Positions 48,222-62,312 of a DNA stretch of 64,000 nucleotides are shown here, piece by piece (the stretch's first letter is position 1; each line of letters begins with the position of its first letter). The DNA lies in NCBI RefSeq assembly GCF_902652985.1, contig NC_047032.1, positions 30,628,001 to 30,692,000 of the forward strand, given 5' to 3'. The notes beneath the pieces are model-generated. The model was given only the letters and a program-made list of their open reading frames with translations, was not told the origin of the DNA and did no database searches. The stretch comes from Pecten maximus (lineage: Eukaryota). The position numbers and the translations under genes were made by a program.

Positions 48222-49440
48222 CTGTAAACGACTAAATCTTTTACGTATGATAAAGCATAAGGTGGGTAGGAAAACTCTTATAACATTATACTGTTCATTT
48301 GTCAGACCCATTTTGGAATATTCAGATTCTATTTGGGATAATTGCACTATTGGTGAATCTAAATTATTAAAATCTGTTCAGGTTGAGGCAATGAAAATTA
48401 TAACTAGGTTAAGAAGTGGCACTTCACATTATAAACTGTAAAATGAAACGGGTTTGGAAAAATTATAATCAAGGCGTCATAAGCACAAATTAATTTTAAT
48501 GTACAAACTTATATTTTATTTATAGATCATCAGCAAAATACTCATAACCTGCGTGATCAAAGATTGTTCAATATACCAAGATCAAGAACCAGTATCTACG
48601 ATAGAACATACTTTCCAAGTACTATGCAGGCATGGAATAATCTTGATCCTTCGCTGACCGTGGCTGTAAGTCCAAGTTCCTTCAAAAACAATCTTAATCA
48701 AACCTTAGTAAATCCTACTTTTAAAAACTGTATACCTCGTAAATTAAATATTATCTTGTATCAATTAAGAGATAATGCAAGTGACTTGAACCATCATGAA
48801 TTTATAGATCATCTTATCCCTGATTCAAGTTGTACCTGTGGCTCACCTATTGAAAATAATGATCATTAATTTTTTACTTGTCCTAATTTCTCTAATTCTA
48901 GGTGTTTCATCAATAAAATTGATAACCATAATGGTTATACTAATTCAGTCCTTTTAACTTCAGTTGATAATACACTATCGGCTGATATTAATGAATTTAT
49001 CTTAACTGATGTACAATATTATATAAATAGTACAAAAAGATGTTAGTAATTATGTTGAACAATTAAAAACTATTATTACAGTCTGCTACTAAAGATATGA
49101 TTACAATATACAAGCTGTAATTGCTGTGTGTGCGAGGTTGTTTGTGTGATATAGGATGTAGGTATGCAAGTCTGTATAATAGAGTAAATGTTTATATAAT
49201 TGATTATAATAATATACATTATACTTATTAAGTTATCATTCTTCTCTCTGAATGTGTGTGTGATAATACCATTGATTCTTACATTCCTTAATCTATTTTT
49301 CTTAATTTACATACTTAACTGTCTATGATATTGACTTATTAACTTTACTCTGTATATATGTGGTACCTTTGGAGAGGACTTATATAGGCTTGCCTGTTGT
49401 CCAATCCATTTGTTTTAAAACAATGAAATTTGTTGAAATG
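48222..49440 (+). mobile_element. Decayed CR1-type LINE ORF2 3' part and 3' UTR
   Basis: RLNLLRMIKHKVGRKTLITLYCSFVRPILEYSDSIWDNC, YFPSTMQAWNNL, CTCGSPIENNDH. Confidence 0.85.
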
Positions 49441-50159
49441 ACAAAAGGACCTGCAGTATAATCACTCGCCTCACTGAATATTGATAACGAAATTCAACAC
49501 GGAAAATTTGTTTTACTGACTTATTCCTGTCACACAGATCAGTAGAAGCTGTTCGTAACTATCTCAGGTTTGTTACTCTACACTAACGGTTGACCTTGTC
49601 CCCTAATGATATGCAAGCGAGCACCCCCATAGCCTTTGCAAACCACACGGACTTCTTTAGGACATACATTGACATTTTTTATCCACCCTTATATATGGAG
49701 AACGTTGCACAAAAGAGGTAATACATGTTACAAACGAGTACCCCAAACAACAAATCTGTTATCGTCATACTGAGTAACTGACCATTAAAAACGTCAACAT
49801 TCATTTGGTCACGACTTTAGGCGGGTTATCGAGAGTCAGAAAAATACAGAATTTGTTAATATAACACTTACTGTGTTACACTAAATCAAACAAACGATTT
49901 CTGTCTCCAGACTCCGATGTGAATTGTATCAATGAAGAGACTTTGGCTGTAAAAGGTAGTAGAAATGATTTTTGAATCAACGTGTGAAAAATTCCCTCTT
50001 TTTCCAAATATATTGTGACCAACCAGTTTGAGGCATATACTAACTAGGACCTGGATTTTTAGTGTCCGGAACTTACTTTCCGGAAAACAAAAACATGCAA
50101 AATATATCAAATTAAAAAAAGACAAGCTTACAGAATGTATAAATTCCTTTATGTATTAC

Positions 50160-50487
50160 ATAAATACAAGCAGTTCACAGGTGAACAGAACTTGGATCGC
50201 TGCTCAGATCATGGCACGTTACCTTACCAAGAGTAAGAAAAACAACTGAAAGGTTCTGCTACTGTTATATATAAACAATTTGGTGGTAACATTCAGCTCC
50301 TATAACTTTGACCTTTTACCTATCATCTTAACAATTTGGTGGTAACATTCAGCTCCTATAACTTTGACCTTTTACCTATCATCTTTACCTTCAATCAAAC
50401 TTGAAGTTTGATACGTGTTATCCTTAGACATGCTACCAAATATGAAGAAATGTCCTCCACAAACGCTGTTGCAGGAGGATTATAAGA
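50160..50487 (+). mobile_element. Possible non-autonomous Helentron-like (HINE) element with an internal duplication of about 57 bp
   Basis: acaag.. start, ttgaccttt motifs, tandem copy at 50273-50385, and 3' hairpin cctcc...ggagg before ttataa. Confidence 0.35.
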
Positions 50488-50720
50488 AAACAAAAAGGTG
50501 AAAGCATGGTAAGTAAACAGTTCATAATTACCTGACTGCTTATAAAGGACATGTCTGGGTTTACTTGGATCACATTTCTAGAATATATGAAATTAATATA
50601 GTTCTGGTCGTTACTGGGAAACAGGAGAGAGGAAAAAACTCTTCCAATATTGAACTTTCTGTATCCCTATAATCACTATCCAGCCACCTAATACCCAACA
50701 TAGCTGGCCGGACTAATGGG

Positions 50721-51086
50721 CAGGGCCGCAGGAAGCTTTTCAAGACAATCGTTCATGAAACAAGTGACTGCAGATTTTACTTATCCAGATTGCAATTGTA
50801 CTTGCTTAGAATTATGAGTATCATAGAAAATAAGTGAGACTGAAAGCTTCCTCTACAGAAACAATATTTATTGAAATTGTATTATCTAATTAAAGTAATT
50901 CAGCCAGACTTTTTTCAAATAAGAAAGGGAATGGAACTAAGTAGCCAGAAGCGAAGTTATAGACTATGCAGTTAATCTTTGATTTTTTTCACTCGACCCT
51001 CAGTTAAGTGCCAAAGTGAAAACCACTTGTCCTCCAGCAAAACCCACTCGTCTGGACAAGTGTACAAATGCTTATCCGCAGCCCTG
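50721..51086. mobile_element. hAT-like MITE
   Basis: TIRs cagggccgcaggaagc / gcttatccgcagccctg with subterminal acaagt/acttgt motifs; no clean 8-bp TSD. Confidence 0.5.
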
Positions 51087-52469
51087 ATGAGGCTTGACTC
51101 TATGCACGCTTAAATGCATACAAAGAATTGATTATTTTCTGGAGTTCAGTGCTCAAATACAATCATGTACTGTAATTAGGATGGTAGTAGTCTACATGTA
51201 TATTAATGTAAATTAATATGGGAAAGCTTTTAATTTGATAGTTTTATTTAATTGAGATATGGTATAAATTGATACTCTCCTTGCGCCATGGTAGATTTGC
51301 GACACCATGTGTTGGTCTGTATATCTATCTGTGACAGGGTTCGCGTCGGTCGTATCTTTGAGTGTCTTGTTGTTTTCGTCTGTCTAGGAGTTGGAAAGTG
51401 GGTGTGATTGAATGAGCGTTTGTGTACGTCGTTTGAATGTACATGTATGAGTAAATAAGCGCGCACGTAAACAAATAGTTACAGCATTTGTAATGCAATT
51501 ATGCAATGAAGCATGAAGTATGTTGTGTATTGTTTTAATTGTGATGTGAGTTGAGATCATTATTGACTTAGCTAGTTTTGTTTAGCTTATAGTTAGAATA
51601 TCTTGGCACTGAGTGAAAAAAAATAGATAAAAAAAAAGAATGAAGTTGCTTAGAAAGACGAGAAAAGAGACAAAATCCCAAATTTACTTACCTCTTACGA
51701 TCATTCAATGGGTGCAGCAGGCATAATTCTTACGCCCTACCTGTAGGACTGTAGCTTTGAGGAGAAACTGATATTTTATAAATATTTTACTATAACCTAA
51801 AAATCTGTCTGGTCGTACAATATGTTATAACTGATCAATAAAAGAATAAGAAACAATTGTTTGGTCAGTACGACCTGTCAAAAACCATTACCAAATCAGG
51901 CGGCATATCATTGTCGTAAGTCTGGAAACATGTGCGGAGCAAAGTTCACATCGAAAAATACATTCATTGCCAAAACAAATTCTGCCTTTGGATGTCTGTG
52001 AGGCACGCTCAGACCACTCTGCAACTAAAACTTAGTTTATACATGCCATCGAGTAAAACTTTTGTGTTGACTTAAACTCCCAGTAATCAGATTTCAAGGC
52101 CAAGATACAGAAGCACATTCCTTGCATAAATTAGAAATCAATATTATCATCGTACAGTACATGTATATCTGCTCATAGTATAATATAAACAAGTTGGTTG
52201 AACAAGAGAGTTTAAACTCGTGAAAGGAATACGTTGTGAGATGTTTTTTAAAGGCATTCAATAGTAAAGCACCTGTTTACTCTTTAAAAGTTACGTACAT
52301 GTTCTGTTTGTTATAATATTCCTCTACATACATTATAACATACAGTCAGGCGTAATCACTAAAGTCTCGGTCACAACCGGCCGTACTTCCACACCACGCG
52401 ATATACAGCAAAAATACAAGGAACTAAATATACAACAAACTTTATGGAAAATGTAGGGTTCGACAATAT

Positions 52470-52845
52470 GAAATTACATCAATAATCTGATTGGGGATGG
52501 AACCCTTTTAAAGAGTGTCTGCTTACTCCACACATATAACGGACACTTATCACCACCCGTTACAACATTTACATGTCATCCAAAAGGAAGGTCATCCAGA
52601 GATCATTTACTCTTCTTAAGGGAAGGTTCAGACGATTGAAGAACGTGAATATGAGGTTTATCAAAGAAATATGTCAGAACATTGTGTGTGCATGTGTCCT
52701 GCATAACATTTATAACTTTTAGGCGATATTTTTGAAGGCATCTTAAATGTTGATAATGAGGATGGAGACACCGATGAGCAGCAAATATTTGAAAGTGATC
52801 AACGTTGTCAGCTGAAGAGACGTCATATTATGAACAGTTTGTAGA
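52470..52845 (+). mobile_element. Decayed PIF/Harbinger transposase C-terminal fragment
   Basis: LIGDG..., CLLTP, YNIYMSSKRKVIQRSFTLLKGRFRRLK, ICQNIVCACVLHNI, then an acidic tail (DDE_Tnp_4/HARBI1-like). Confidence 0.82.
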
Positions 52846-54394
52846 CTTACAAACTTTATAGAAGTTACACAATAAAAAAAAAGACCAATATTATTGATTC
52901 ATGCTTTTATTTTATTTTCAATGTGATCGTATTTTCACTGTAATGTGACAAGACAAAAAGGTACATTTGCTCCACAGATAGAGAATGTCATGTCGGTACT
53001 ACATATCTTCATAATGATAATCATGTAAAAACAGCATGTTACAGAAAGGTAGACGTCAGTTAGACACATCAATGAAAAACAATGCACATACAGATTCATA
53101 GATATGGACAAACTTACAGTCTCCCTTTCTGGCATGGGACAAGCCATGTAATGCAAGGTAACCATTTCAGTGTCACTTAACTGTAGGAAATAGATCCAAT
53201 CAAATATGTTCGGTGTTGATCAGAATTGAGGAGCTTAGGCCAAAAAACATGAAATATGCTTACAATTTTACATATGTATTGAAAATAAAGTAGATGGAAA
53301 TGTTATTAATAAAAAACAAATAGCAATATCAAAATATTTAAACAAGATTATAAAAAGAGACTTGAGTGAAGTATTGATGAAACAAACCTGCTTTTGCGTA
53401 AGTATTACAGAACAAAAAAAATGGGGTGGGGGGGGGGGGGGCACACTGAAAACTGACATTCAATTAAACTAGACATAAAATACCACGTATGACAATTACT
53501 ACAACTGTCAACTGTTCTGAATACACATTCAAATTATATATGATCTGAAATCACGGCTATATTTTACGCTGTTTAATTTCCGAAATATACGCAATTTAAT
53601 TCAGTTTCAAACAACCGCCTTACAGCTTCAGGTCGCCATCTTTGTTCACATCAAAGCATCTGTGCGTTTGAAATAGTAAGTCGTGCAAAGCTTCTAAATG
53701 ATATTTTGATAAACAAATTCAGATTACAAAAAAAAAACGAAAAATAAATTTTAAAACATTTTAATATTAATTGGTTATTTGGTAACACGATTTGATTTAA
53801 TAATTATCGTATCAAGTAAAACGAAAAGTTGTTGCAAAATGGCAGTGTTTTCTTGCACCCTATTGAGCTAGACCTACTTTCGTTTTACAGTTTACGTACA
53901 TGGTCATATAAATACTTCATTTTCACAATCATGGTCGATATAAATGCTTATCCGCGGGATTGTTCTATGTAGGAATATCTGTAGTTTTCCTGTACATTGT
54001 ATGTTATTTCTAATTGACAGGTTTGGCTGGAACTTAACTACTCCGACCAAAGGACCACGTTTCTATCTTGTCGTTTTGAACACTTTATACTTCATGTCAA
54101 AATAAATGTTTGGTTATTAAACATGTTTCGGGAATCTGTGTTTGTGTTTGTCTCCTTGTGGTAGTGTGGAAATGTGGGTCTGATGCCAATTAAAACGTTA
54201 CGTCACCCAGCAAAAGAAAAGACGCATCACAGTTTATAATCGCACCTCGTTATCTATCCAAATGTTCATTTTTTGTATTTAACCTAGGCAGATCCAGCCA
54301 CATAACTTTTTGCTGTAAAACACTTTTAAATTCAATTTAAAATTGTTCCAGCACTGGCCACCTATGTCTTTCATTTGGATGTAATTTACATTAA

Positions 54395-55556
54395 AGCTGA
54401 CAGTGCAAGTTAAAAAGTATCCAATTGAAATTAAAAAAAAAAAAATACATGTACAGATTTCCAAAAATCGTTTCCGAGACAATCCCCAGTTATGGCAGTG
54501 TCGTATCTAAGGACGGGGAGACATTTTTCTTTTTTGTTATGCGTGGATACAACAAGCCGCCGCTGCTATAAAAAGAACGTGCTTCGTCACACTCGCATTC
54601 ACTCTAACCTCAGGTGTTCACGGTGACACACCTGTATCTTCTACACTATATCTGTACACAACGTGACCTACAACTGTATTCGCGAACGACACCAAACAGA
54701 AGCACTTACCTGTAACTTGAGCAGAAAGATGGTCAGTGTCTCTCAATTATCTTTCAAATCTTGTTGAAAATAAAGTCTCCAAACAAATGCTTGAAAATGC
54801 ATAACGAATTAATCCAAAATACTCTATCCGTCTTCTCACGTGTTTTTCGTGGGTGCAGCCATTTTCATAACAAGTAAACTGTCCGAGGAGTTCCGATTTT
54901 TACTCGTATCTTACACTAGCACTCCTCGGATGTTTTCCTATTGTCTACACTACACTAGGGCTGTTGTGCGGTTTTATCACGCTTTAATTGCGTTATGACA
55001 CTTGCACAAATAATACGAAGACACGGAAAATATTTCGATGGAAACTATGGATATAATGATGTAACAGTTGTAAAGTTGTTATTGCTGCATATCCCACTGG
55101 AAAGACTCGGGTAGGAATTTACTCATATTTACTCTGTTTATAATTTCATTAGGTACATGTTTTGTTGGGGCCCAAATAGTTTGTGTTGTCGATACTTTCT
55201 TTTATTGTAAAATAAAATATATATGTATATATATAAAGTTACCTCTTCAAATTCCATAATCAAGTTCCGTAATGTGAACAAAAACTCATTTGCGTTTGTA
55301 TTGAGAACGTATACTATGTATAATGGAGAGATGTGTCGCTATGCGCATGTATCGATAGACTGATACTTGTCTCAATGAACGCACGCGCTTTTATAGCGGC
55401 TCGTATCCACGCATAACAAAAAACAAAAATGTCTGCCCGTCCTTAGATACGACACAACCATAATTGGGGGATGTCTCGGAAACGATTTTTGGAAATCTGT
55501 ACATGTATTATTTTTTTTAATCTCAATTGGATGCTTTTTAACTTGCACTGTCAGCT
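54395..55556. mobile_element. TTAA-flanked MITE with about 190-bp TIRs (Kolobok-like)
   Basis: TTAA-agctgacagtgcaagttaaaaag...gcgtggatac and gtatccacgc...ctttttaacttgcactgtcagct-TTAA. Confidence 0.85.
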
Positions 55557-55839
55557 TTAAGAATATATTCAATTTATTCTCTCCAAATTGATATAAATAC
55601 AGAGAATATTTCCCCAAATATTTACTCTGAACAAAATTGGACAAATCAACTAATACTGCCATATATAACTATTTACACTCCCAAGAACTTACCATGAATT
55701 TCGAGCCCACCGACCACACAGCTTCATTGCATACTCTAGAAAAGACACACTATAATTTGAAAGGTTGTTTGTTGTTATCATATTTGGCCTGGCTTAGTAA
55801 TGTAAGCGTTATTTGTTTTACAACAATTGCAATTGCAAT

Positions 55840-56032
55840 TATATCAACTTATATTAATCACGCTTGTCGGCCCAGATGAAAGCGCGCGAGGGATCTTACT
55901 GCGGGAGGAAACTGGAGTACCCGGGGGAAACCCACGTGTTCGGGCAGGTGATCCATTCCTTTTCACGTCCGAATGGGGAATCGATCCTCGGCCTCCTAGG
56001 TGAAAGGCAATTGTGCTACCACTGTGCCACGG
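55840..56032 (-). mobile_element. tRNA-derived V-domain SINE (different family from 12748)
   Basis: Minus strand: box A gtggcacagtgg, box B ggatcgattccc, V-like gtgggtttcccccgggtactccagtttcctccc. Confidence 0.82.
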
Positions 56033-57519
56033 TTAGTTTATCCTATTTGGCCTGTTACGGCTAAGTCATGAAAATGAATTTTTAAAAATTAATAAAAAAT
56101 ATTTTTATAAAGAACGAAAAAAACTTTGTTTAATGAAGATGAGATGTTACAGATTGATAAGTTTTTCTCATTCAGTTCTGACAGGCATTATGAAAATGTA
56201 AAATTAAGATAATTCTTAATTTTACCAAAAAATCCAGATTTCATTGTCTACATTTTCAAATTTATCGATATTTCTACACTGTCTGCTGTTGAATTAATCC
56301 TCGCAAACAATTGTTTAAGTCATTTTATATATAAGGATCTAATTTTGGCAACTTAACTATATATCCTATTTAATACTACAGTGTAACTTTTTAGAATGCC
56401 TTGTTATATCTCTTGGATTCACTCAAACATAAACAACATTTCCTTCAATTCCCATATCAGATACTAAATCCAAAATTGCATTATCACATCAATAATCATG
56501 ATTTTTAAGGTTACCCGACTCGAACAATGTTCTCCGTGGGGTTATGCATCTAATTGTGACAGTTTATGAGAGAAGACATAACTCCTCTGTGTTGGAAGGG
56601 AGGGACCAGAAAGGGCAAATAGTCTAATAGAACATTCATGTTATGTGCTTCTTCTATACGGCTAACTTGAAGATGGTGAATATTTTCTTTGGCCTCGAAC
56701 ATTACTTGGCTGGAATTAATGTTGTTTAAGAGACTTGAGTTTGTCTCGTAGCACTCTGCTGGCTCCCTAGGGGGAGGGGTGGGACCCAAAAGGGGGATTC
56801 TACAATTCAAATGCATATTTTGTAGATATGGTCCCATATTATGAGATGCGATATCCTAATGTTAAGAGGTCTCTGTCTGTTTATTTTCAACTCAATCCCC
56901 AGCCCGAAAGGTTATCATGTTTGGTTTAATGAATATAACTTTCCTTCATTAACAGTCACAGGGGTCAGACATGCAAAACCTTGACATTCTTCTACTCAAT
57001 AACCCAGAGGCCAAGATAAATGATAATGACCCTGCAGTATCCTGTGGTGAAGGTTTTTAAAATGAACGACCTTTGACCTCTGCTGAGTTGTGTACGCTTA
57101 CAAGACTTTATCAAGATCTACCTTGTGCCTGCTTGCCGAGATAACTTATAAAGGCCCGATGGTCAAGGTCACTGTTACTAAAGAAAGCATTTGCTTGGAA
57201 TACTACATGTAGCTTCGGGCTTGAAAGTCAAAGGTCAAAGATAATGTTTCTATAAATAGAAAAAAAATTATCATGCACATTACTTTTATGTTGGGTTGTA
57301 TGCACTCCGACTTCGTCCAGTGTTTTATGAAAGAAAGACTTTGCTTTACCCAGATAAAAAAGTATAGAACTCAATGTTATCTTACACAGATTGTTTAATT
57401 CTTCATTAAACACGGGGAATAGATACGGCAGCTTTTGTATATACACTGATATATAAATACTTATTACCGGTTAGCTTTTAATTAAATCAGTATTTATTTT
57501 TGCATAAAGTTAATGGCAA

Positions 57520-59650
57520 AGAAATGCAACTCCTTCTGCAGGGAAGTTCCTAGGGAATGCGGTTTCCCAGGATGGCATTGAGACGGATCCTTTGAAAGTT
57601 GCGGCAATTAAAGGGATGCCTGCTCCAACTAATGTTACTGAGTTGAAGTCGTTTCTAGAACTTGCGTCGAATTATCGAAAATTCGTGTTTGGTTGAGCAC
57701 AAATAGCGAAATGTCTTCATGACCTCACGAGGAAAGGGGAAATGTTCATAGACTGAGGGGTTGTATGGATGAATTCAACGAACTGAAAGGACGGCTTATA
57801 TCTGCTCCGATTCTTAACATGGAAGGTGGAATGTTTATTCTAGACACGGATGCTAGTAACTTTGCTGTCGGTGTTGTGTTGTCACAAATCCAAGATGGCC
57901 GCGAAGTTGTAATCAAGTACGCGAGCCGATCACTTACTAGGGAGGAAAGATGCTTGCCGTAGTGTATTTTGCAAAATACTTCAGACATTATCTTTTGGGT
58001 AGTGAGTTCCTGATAAGGACAGACCATGGATCTTTAACATGGCTACATGTATATAGATTTAAACATTCGGACGGTCAAGTGTGTCGATGGATTCAGAAAC
58101 TCGGCGAGTACAATTTTAAAATTCAACATCGACCTGGGGTAAAACATGCTAACGCGGACGCGTTATCGAGATTACCCTCTGCTACATGTAAACAGTGTAC
58201 ATTACCGTTAGATTATGCGTACAATATTAATGGTCCAGTTGAATCCTCCACTGAAGTCCTAAGAGGTACACAGGAGAGTGATAAAGACAGTGAACCGGGC
58301 GATATGTCTCTCAGGTTTATTTGAAACTGTTGAACCTGTGGTAGAGAAAAAGGTCAAACGTGGTAGAATACCTAACAGGCCGCCTATGGCTATTCAAAAA
58401 CTCGTACCGGAGGAGAAACTGACACTTAAACAAATTAGTGTGGCTCAGGCAAAATATAAGCATATCGGACCTATTATTAAGCTTATCAAAGCATTTGAAA
58501 ATAGCGGTACTGTACAAAAACAGATATTGAACATTTATCCTCGTACAGCCATGAGTGCAAGCTTTGGTACGCTAGATTGGGTTTACTAGTGTTTTCAAGA
58601 CAATGTTCTATATGGGAAATGATCAATTCGGATGAGAAAGAAAGATTAAGAGTTTGTATACCGACATCCCTTCGAGACCATGTTATGCGGTATCTACACG
58701 ATTCGCCTGTTTCAGGACATCAAGGCATTTTTCGGACATGGAAACGAGCTAAAATTAGCAAGTATTAATGGCCAGGAATGAGACAATATGTGACGGATTA
58801 CGTGAAAGTGTGCCACATCTGCGAGGAGCGAAAGAAACCATCTACGAAAAAACGACTTCCTGTGAAATCATTTATGACGGGGAGTCGACTCAAAAGAATA
58901 GCGGCCGATATAACAGGACCATTTCCGAAACCAGATGAGGGAAACGCATATCTCCTTGTGGTCTCGGATTATTTTACAATGTATACCAAAACCTATTGTG
59001 TACCTAATATAGAGGCTGAGACAATCGTGAACGCTATGTTCAGAGGATAGATAAAACGGTATAGACGTCCGAGGGAAATATTTACCGATCAGGGATCTCA
59101 GTTTGAGGGAAAGCTGTTCAAACAGTTGTGTAAATTCCTTGGGATATATAAAACAAGCACAACACCTTATCACCCTCGAGCTGATGGAATGGTTGAACGG
59201 TTCAACAGAACTGTAAAAGAAATGCTATCCAAGTACATTAGCGAAAACAAAAACCGACTGGGATGAATACATCGATGGAATTATAATGGCTTATGGAATT
59301 TCGCCACATAGGATGGTTTTTGGAGAGGAAATGTCTGCCCCACTTGAGATATCCATGGGAAAAGATTCCAGTGAAACTCAGTGTATTAACAGTTCAGAGT
59401 ATGTCCGAACACTTGTAAACAAGCTTGAACAATCATTCAGTACTGCACGGAAAGCGATGGCTTTATCAGCAAAACGTCAAAAGTACACTATGACAAAAAT
59501 GTGAAGGAAAAGGCTAAGTTAGCCTGAGTTTGGACCGGATCGTGGGCAGTAGTCGAACGGCTTAGTGATGTGTTATATATAAAATTCGTCACTCCGAGAA
59601 ATCAAAGCCAGTTGTTATAAACAGTGATAATTTGAAGCCTTTTGGTACGA
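57520..59650 (+). mobile_element. Decayed Ty3/Gypsy pol fragment (RT end, RNase H, integrase)
   Basis: KFLG..VSQDGIETDPLKV, FILDTDASNFAVGVVLSQ, RTDHGSLTWL, HRPGVKHANADALSR, HDSPVSGHQG...CHIC, DITGPFP, TDQGSQFE, YHPRADGMVERFNRT; stops and frameshifts; no LTRs identified. Confidence 0.93.
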
Positions 59651-61649
59651 TGGCCGATATCAGTCTGACAAAAAAACAGAAAAGAGTGTTTGGGCAAATA
59701 TCTGTTTTAGTAACAGATTTTTGTCATTGACAGAAAAGAGTGTTTGGGCAAAATTTCCTTATAGTAACAGGTTATTGCCTATATCATGTTTTTGTGTACA
59801 AATTTCTCTTAAGTAACGCTTTTTTCCAGGCTGATATCGGCCATCGTATTTTAGAGGTACGCGTACATGAACAATAGTGTTTAAAACAGCTGCATCTAAA
59901 GCTTCTGAAATCGTATCACCATATGTCAACACCTCATGTATAGCATAGGGCAAACTTGATTCATTAAGTTCATGACAACTGTACGATGTCACAATCTGAC
60001 AGTTGACGAAATCTACATGTTTTTGGATGAGTTTCCTTTAGGAATTTTCGTGTATTTATTCCAACAGTATATCTCAAAATGTCAGTCATAATTTCGATAA
60101 ATCTTTGTTATCGTTTCTTGATAGCCACGTGTGAAGTGTTCTCTGGTTGTTATGAAATCCATATGCAACATAACTATCTACAGAGGCCGGGTCAGGTACA
60201 CTTGTAGTTCTATCCCGTCCGACAACATTTTATTAAGTTAGTGTAGCTGCCACATGGTAGAAATCGTTACAAAATGTCGCCGTTTGATTCTCTACCTGTT
60301 ATTCTTTATGACAAAATAAATGGCGCAAAAGCTAAGGAGGTATGTTATTTACGTCTGCAGTACCAAGAACACATTCACCAATAAGTGCTCGTGTTCTGAG
60401 GCATTTCTAGAAGACTATTGGCTCCCGACAGATAACCGTACATCGTTTACTTTCTTTACTTTTATTTCCCTTAGACGATGCCGCCATGTGCGTACGGTAA
60501 ACAAACTACAACATACAAAATACATATAGGTCTATGAAACCGAAAACATATCTTAACATGCACAGACTGCTTAAACATAACACGTTCACACAATATAATG
60601 TACTATATTACTGATAAATGACATATGAATAACAGAAATTATACCCATACTGAACTTGACGTAAAAGCCCGCGAACATACATGTGGATCATGAATATTGT
60701 AAGATACTTGTTAGCTTTCTTTTAATATTGTTGATTTATATATCAAGTTAACATTTATGAGAAACATGAACTTAAGTTAATCAACTAATATAAACTTACA
60801 CCATGCTCTTCTTCTTATTGAAACAGCTTAAACTTGTGCATTTCTTGCTACCTTGTTTTTCTCTTTATGGGTAACCTAGCCCCTTACATCATTACAAACA
60901 TAAACATTGCCGCTTAGGCAAATGCAAATAAACATATTACATACTGAATCCCACCAACTCACCTATATGTTCAAGGAAAGACAACTCTTATAAAATTCAT
61001 GAACATGACAGCTCGTTTCAGTATTTATTTTCCAGACAGAGATGCAAACGAGTTTATATACATCATTCCCGTTTTGATCAGTTGGTTTTGTAAATTCTTC
61101 TATTGCAGCAGAACTCACCGGATTTTTATTTTGTATAATGTATAGTTGAAGCGACCCTTATTTATCTACTGACAACTTATCCCTATCCATTTTCTGTCTT
61201 GCTATATCGTTAAAATATTCTCTTTTTTACAATTGCATTCTCATTCACTCATAGAGTACATATACATATATTCCTACATACACACATATATCCTTACATA
61301 CAACATTTTAAAACTTATTCATTGTATCAATATTCATATTCATTTATTGTTTCATTTACACCCATACACCCATGCTTACATACTAGTATATCCACTCTCA
61401 CACTGAAACATAACATATTTAAGAGAAGGGAAGAAGGGGAGGAGGAAGGAAAGAAAAAAATAGTGATAGAAACAAGGAGAATAGTTGCGGTTAATTTGAA
61501 TACATGTACATAGAGTAAATTATTTATTTCTGTAGAGAGATAGAAATGAAAAGAGTTTCCTTTAGGGTAGAGATGTGGGGAGTAATATTCATAATGGCAT
61601 AGCTTTAGTTACAAAAAGAATATAATAGTACTAGTGTTTGTAAACTGTC

Positions 61650-62290
61650 AGGAATTAGTTTTGGCTATTAAATATCAAGACGAATAAAGTTTTTCCATTT
61701 ACACCAAGTATTCGTGAATTTTGCTTTGAAAAAAATCGATCTGAATTTCTGCGTATTGTAGTAATCTTTCATGTTGTTGGCCAATGCGTTGACATTTAAG
61801 GATTTATTAAGACACCTCGTTCTATAAATGTATTGTTCGATGATAAGAATTACTATATTATCAACTGTTGCATTAATACTATTGTTTGTGAGTCCAAAAA
61901 GAAAAGACTGTTTATTTATTGCAAAAGGAATATAGAGTGCATCTACCAGTGATTCAAAATTTTGTAATAGATTTTGCACTTCCTGGCATTCCCACATCAA
62001 GTGAATTATTGTTTCTCTTTCAGAGTTACAGAAAGTGCGCATAGGGCTATTTACTATACCATATTTAAACAAATTGGAATTGGTGGTAAGAATATAATGA
62101 GATATGCGATATTGAAGTCATTGAAGTTAAGTATTTTTTGTTACTTTACGTGGAATATTGTATATTTTACTCCATTCTCCTTCATCAAATAAGAGCTGTT
62201 CATTCCATTTTGATTTGCCAGTAGCAACAGTGTCTGTTTTATTGAAGATCTTATAAAAGAGTTTTGAATTACTGATACTTGAGAGAAAAC
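61650..62290 (-). mobile_element. Tx1/L1-type LINE ORF2 3' fragment (zf-RVT)
   Basis: QYRISHHILTTNSNLFKYGIVNSPMRTFCNSERETIIHLMWEC...IIEQYIYRTR. Confidence 0.8.
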
Positions 62291-62312
62291 ACTGTATATT
62301 AGGAGAAAGTTA

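Noticed and set aside
56500-57250. Helentron-like repeat (tgacct/aggtca motifs)
   Set aside because: The motifs are suggestive but the termini could not be defined.
59980-60340. Gypsy LTR/primer-binding site (aaatggcgc at about 60318)
   Set aside because: No paired LTR, TG...CA boundary or TSD could be found.
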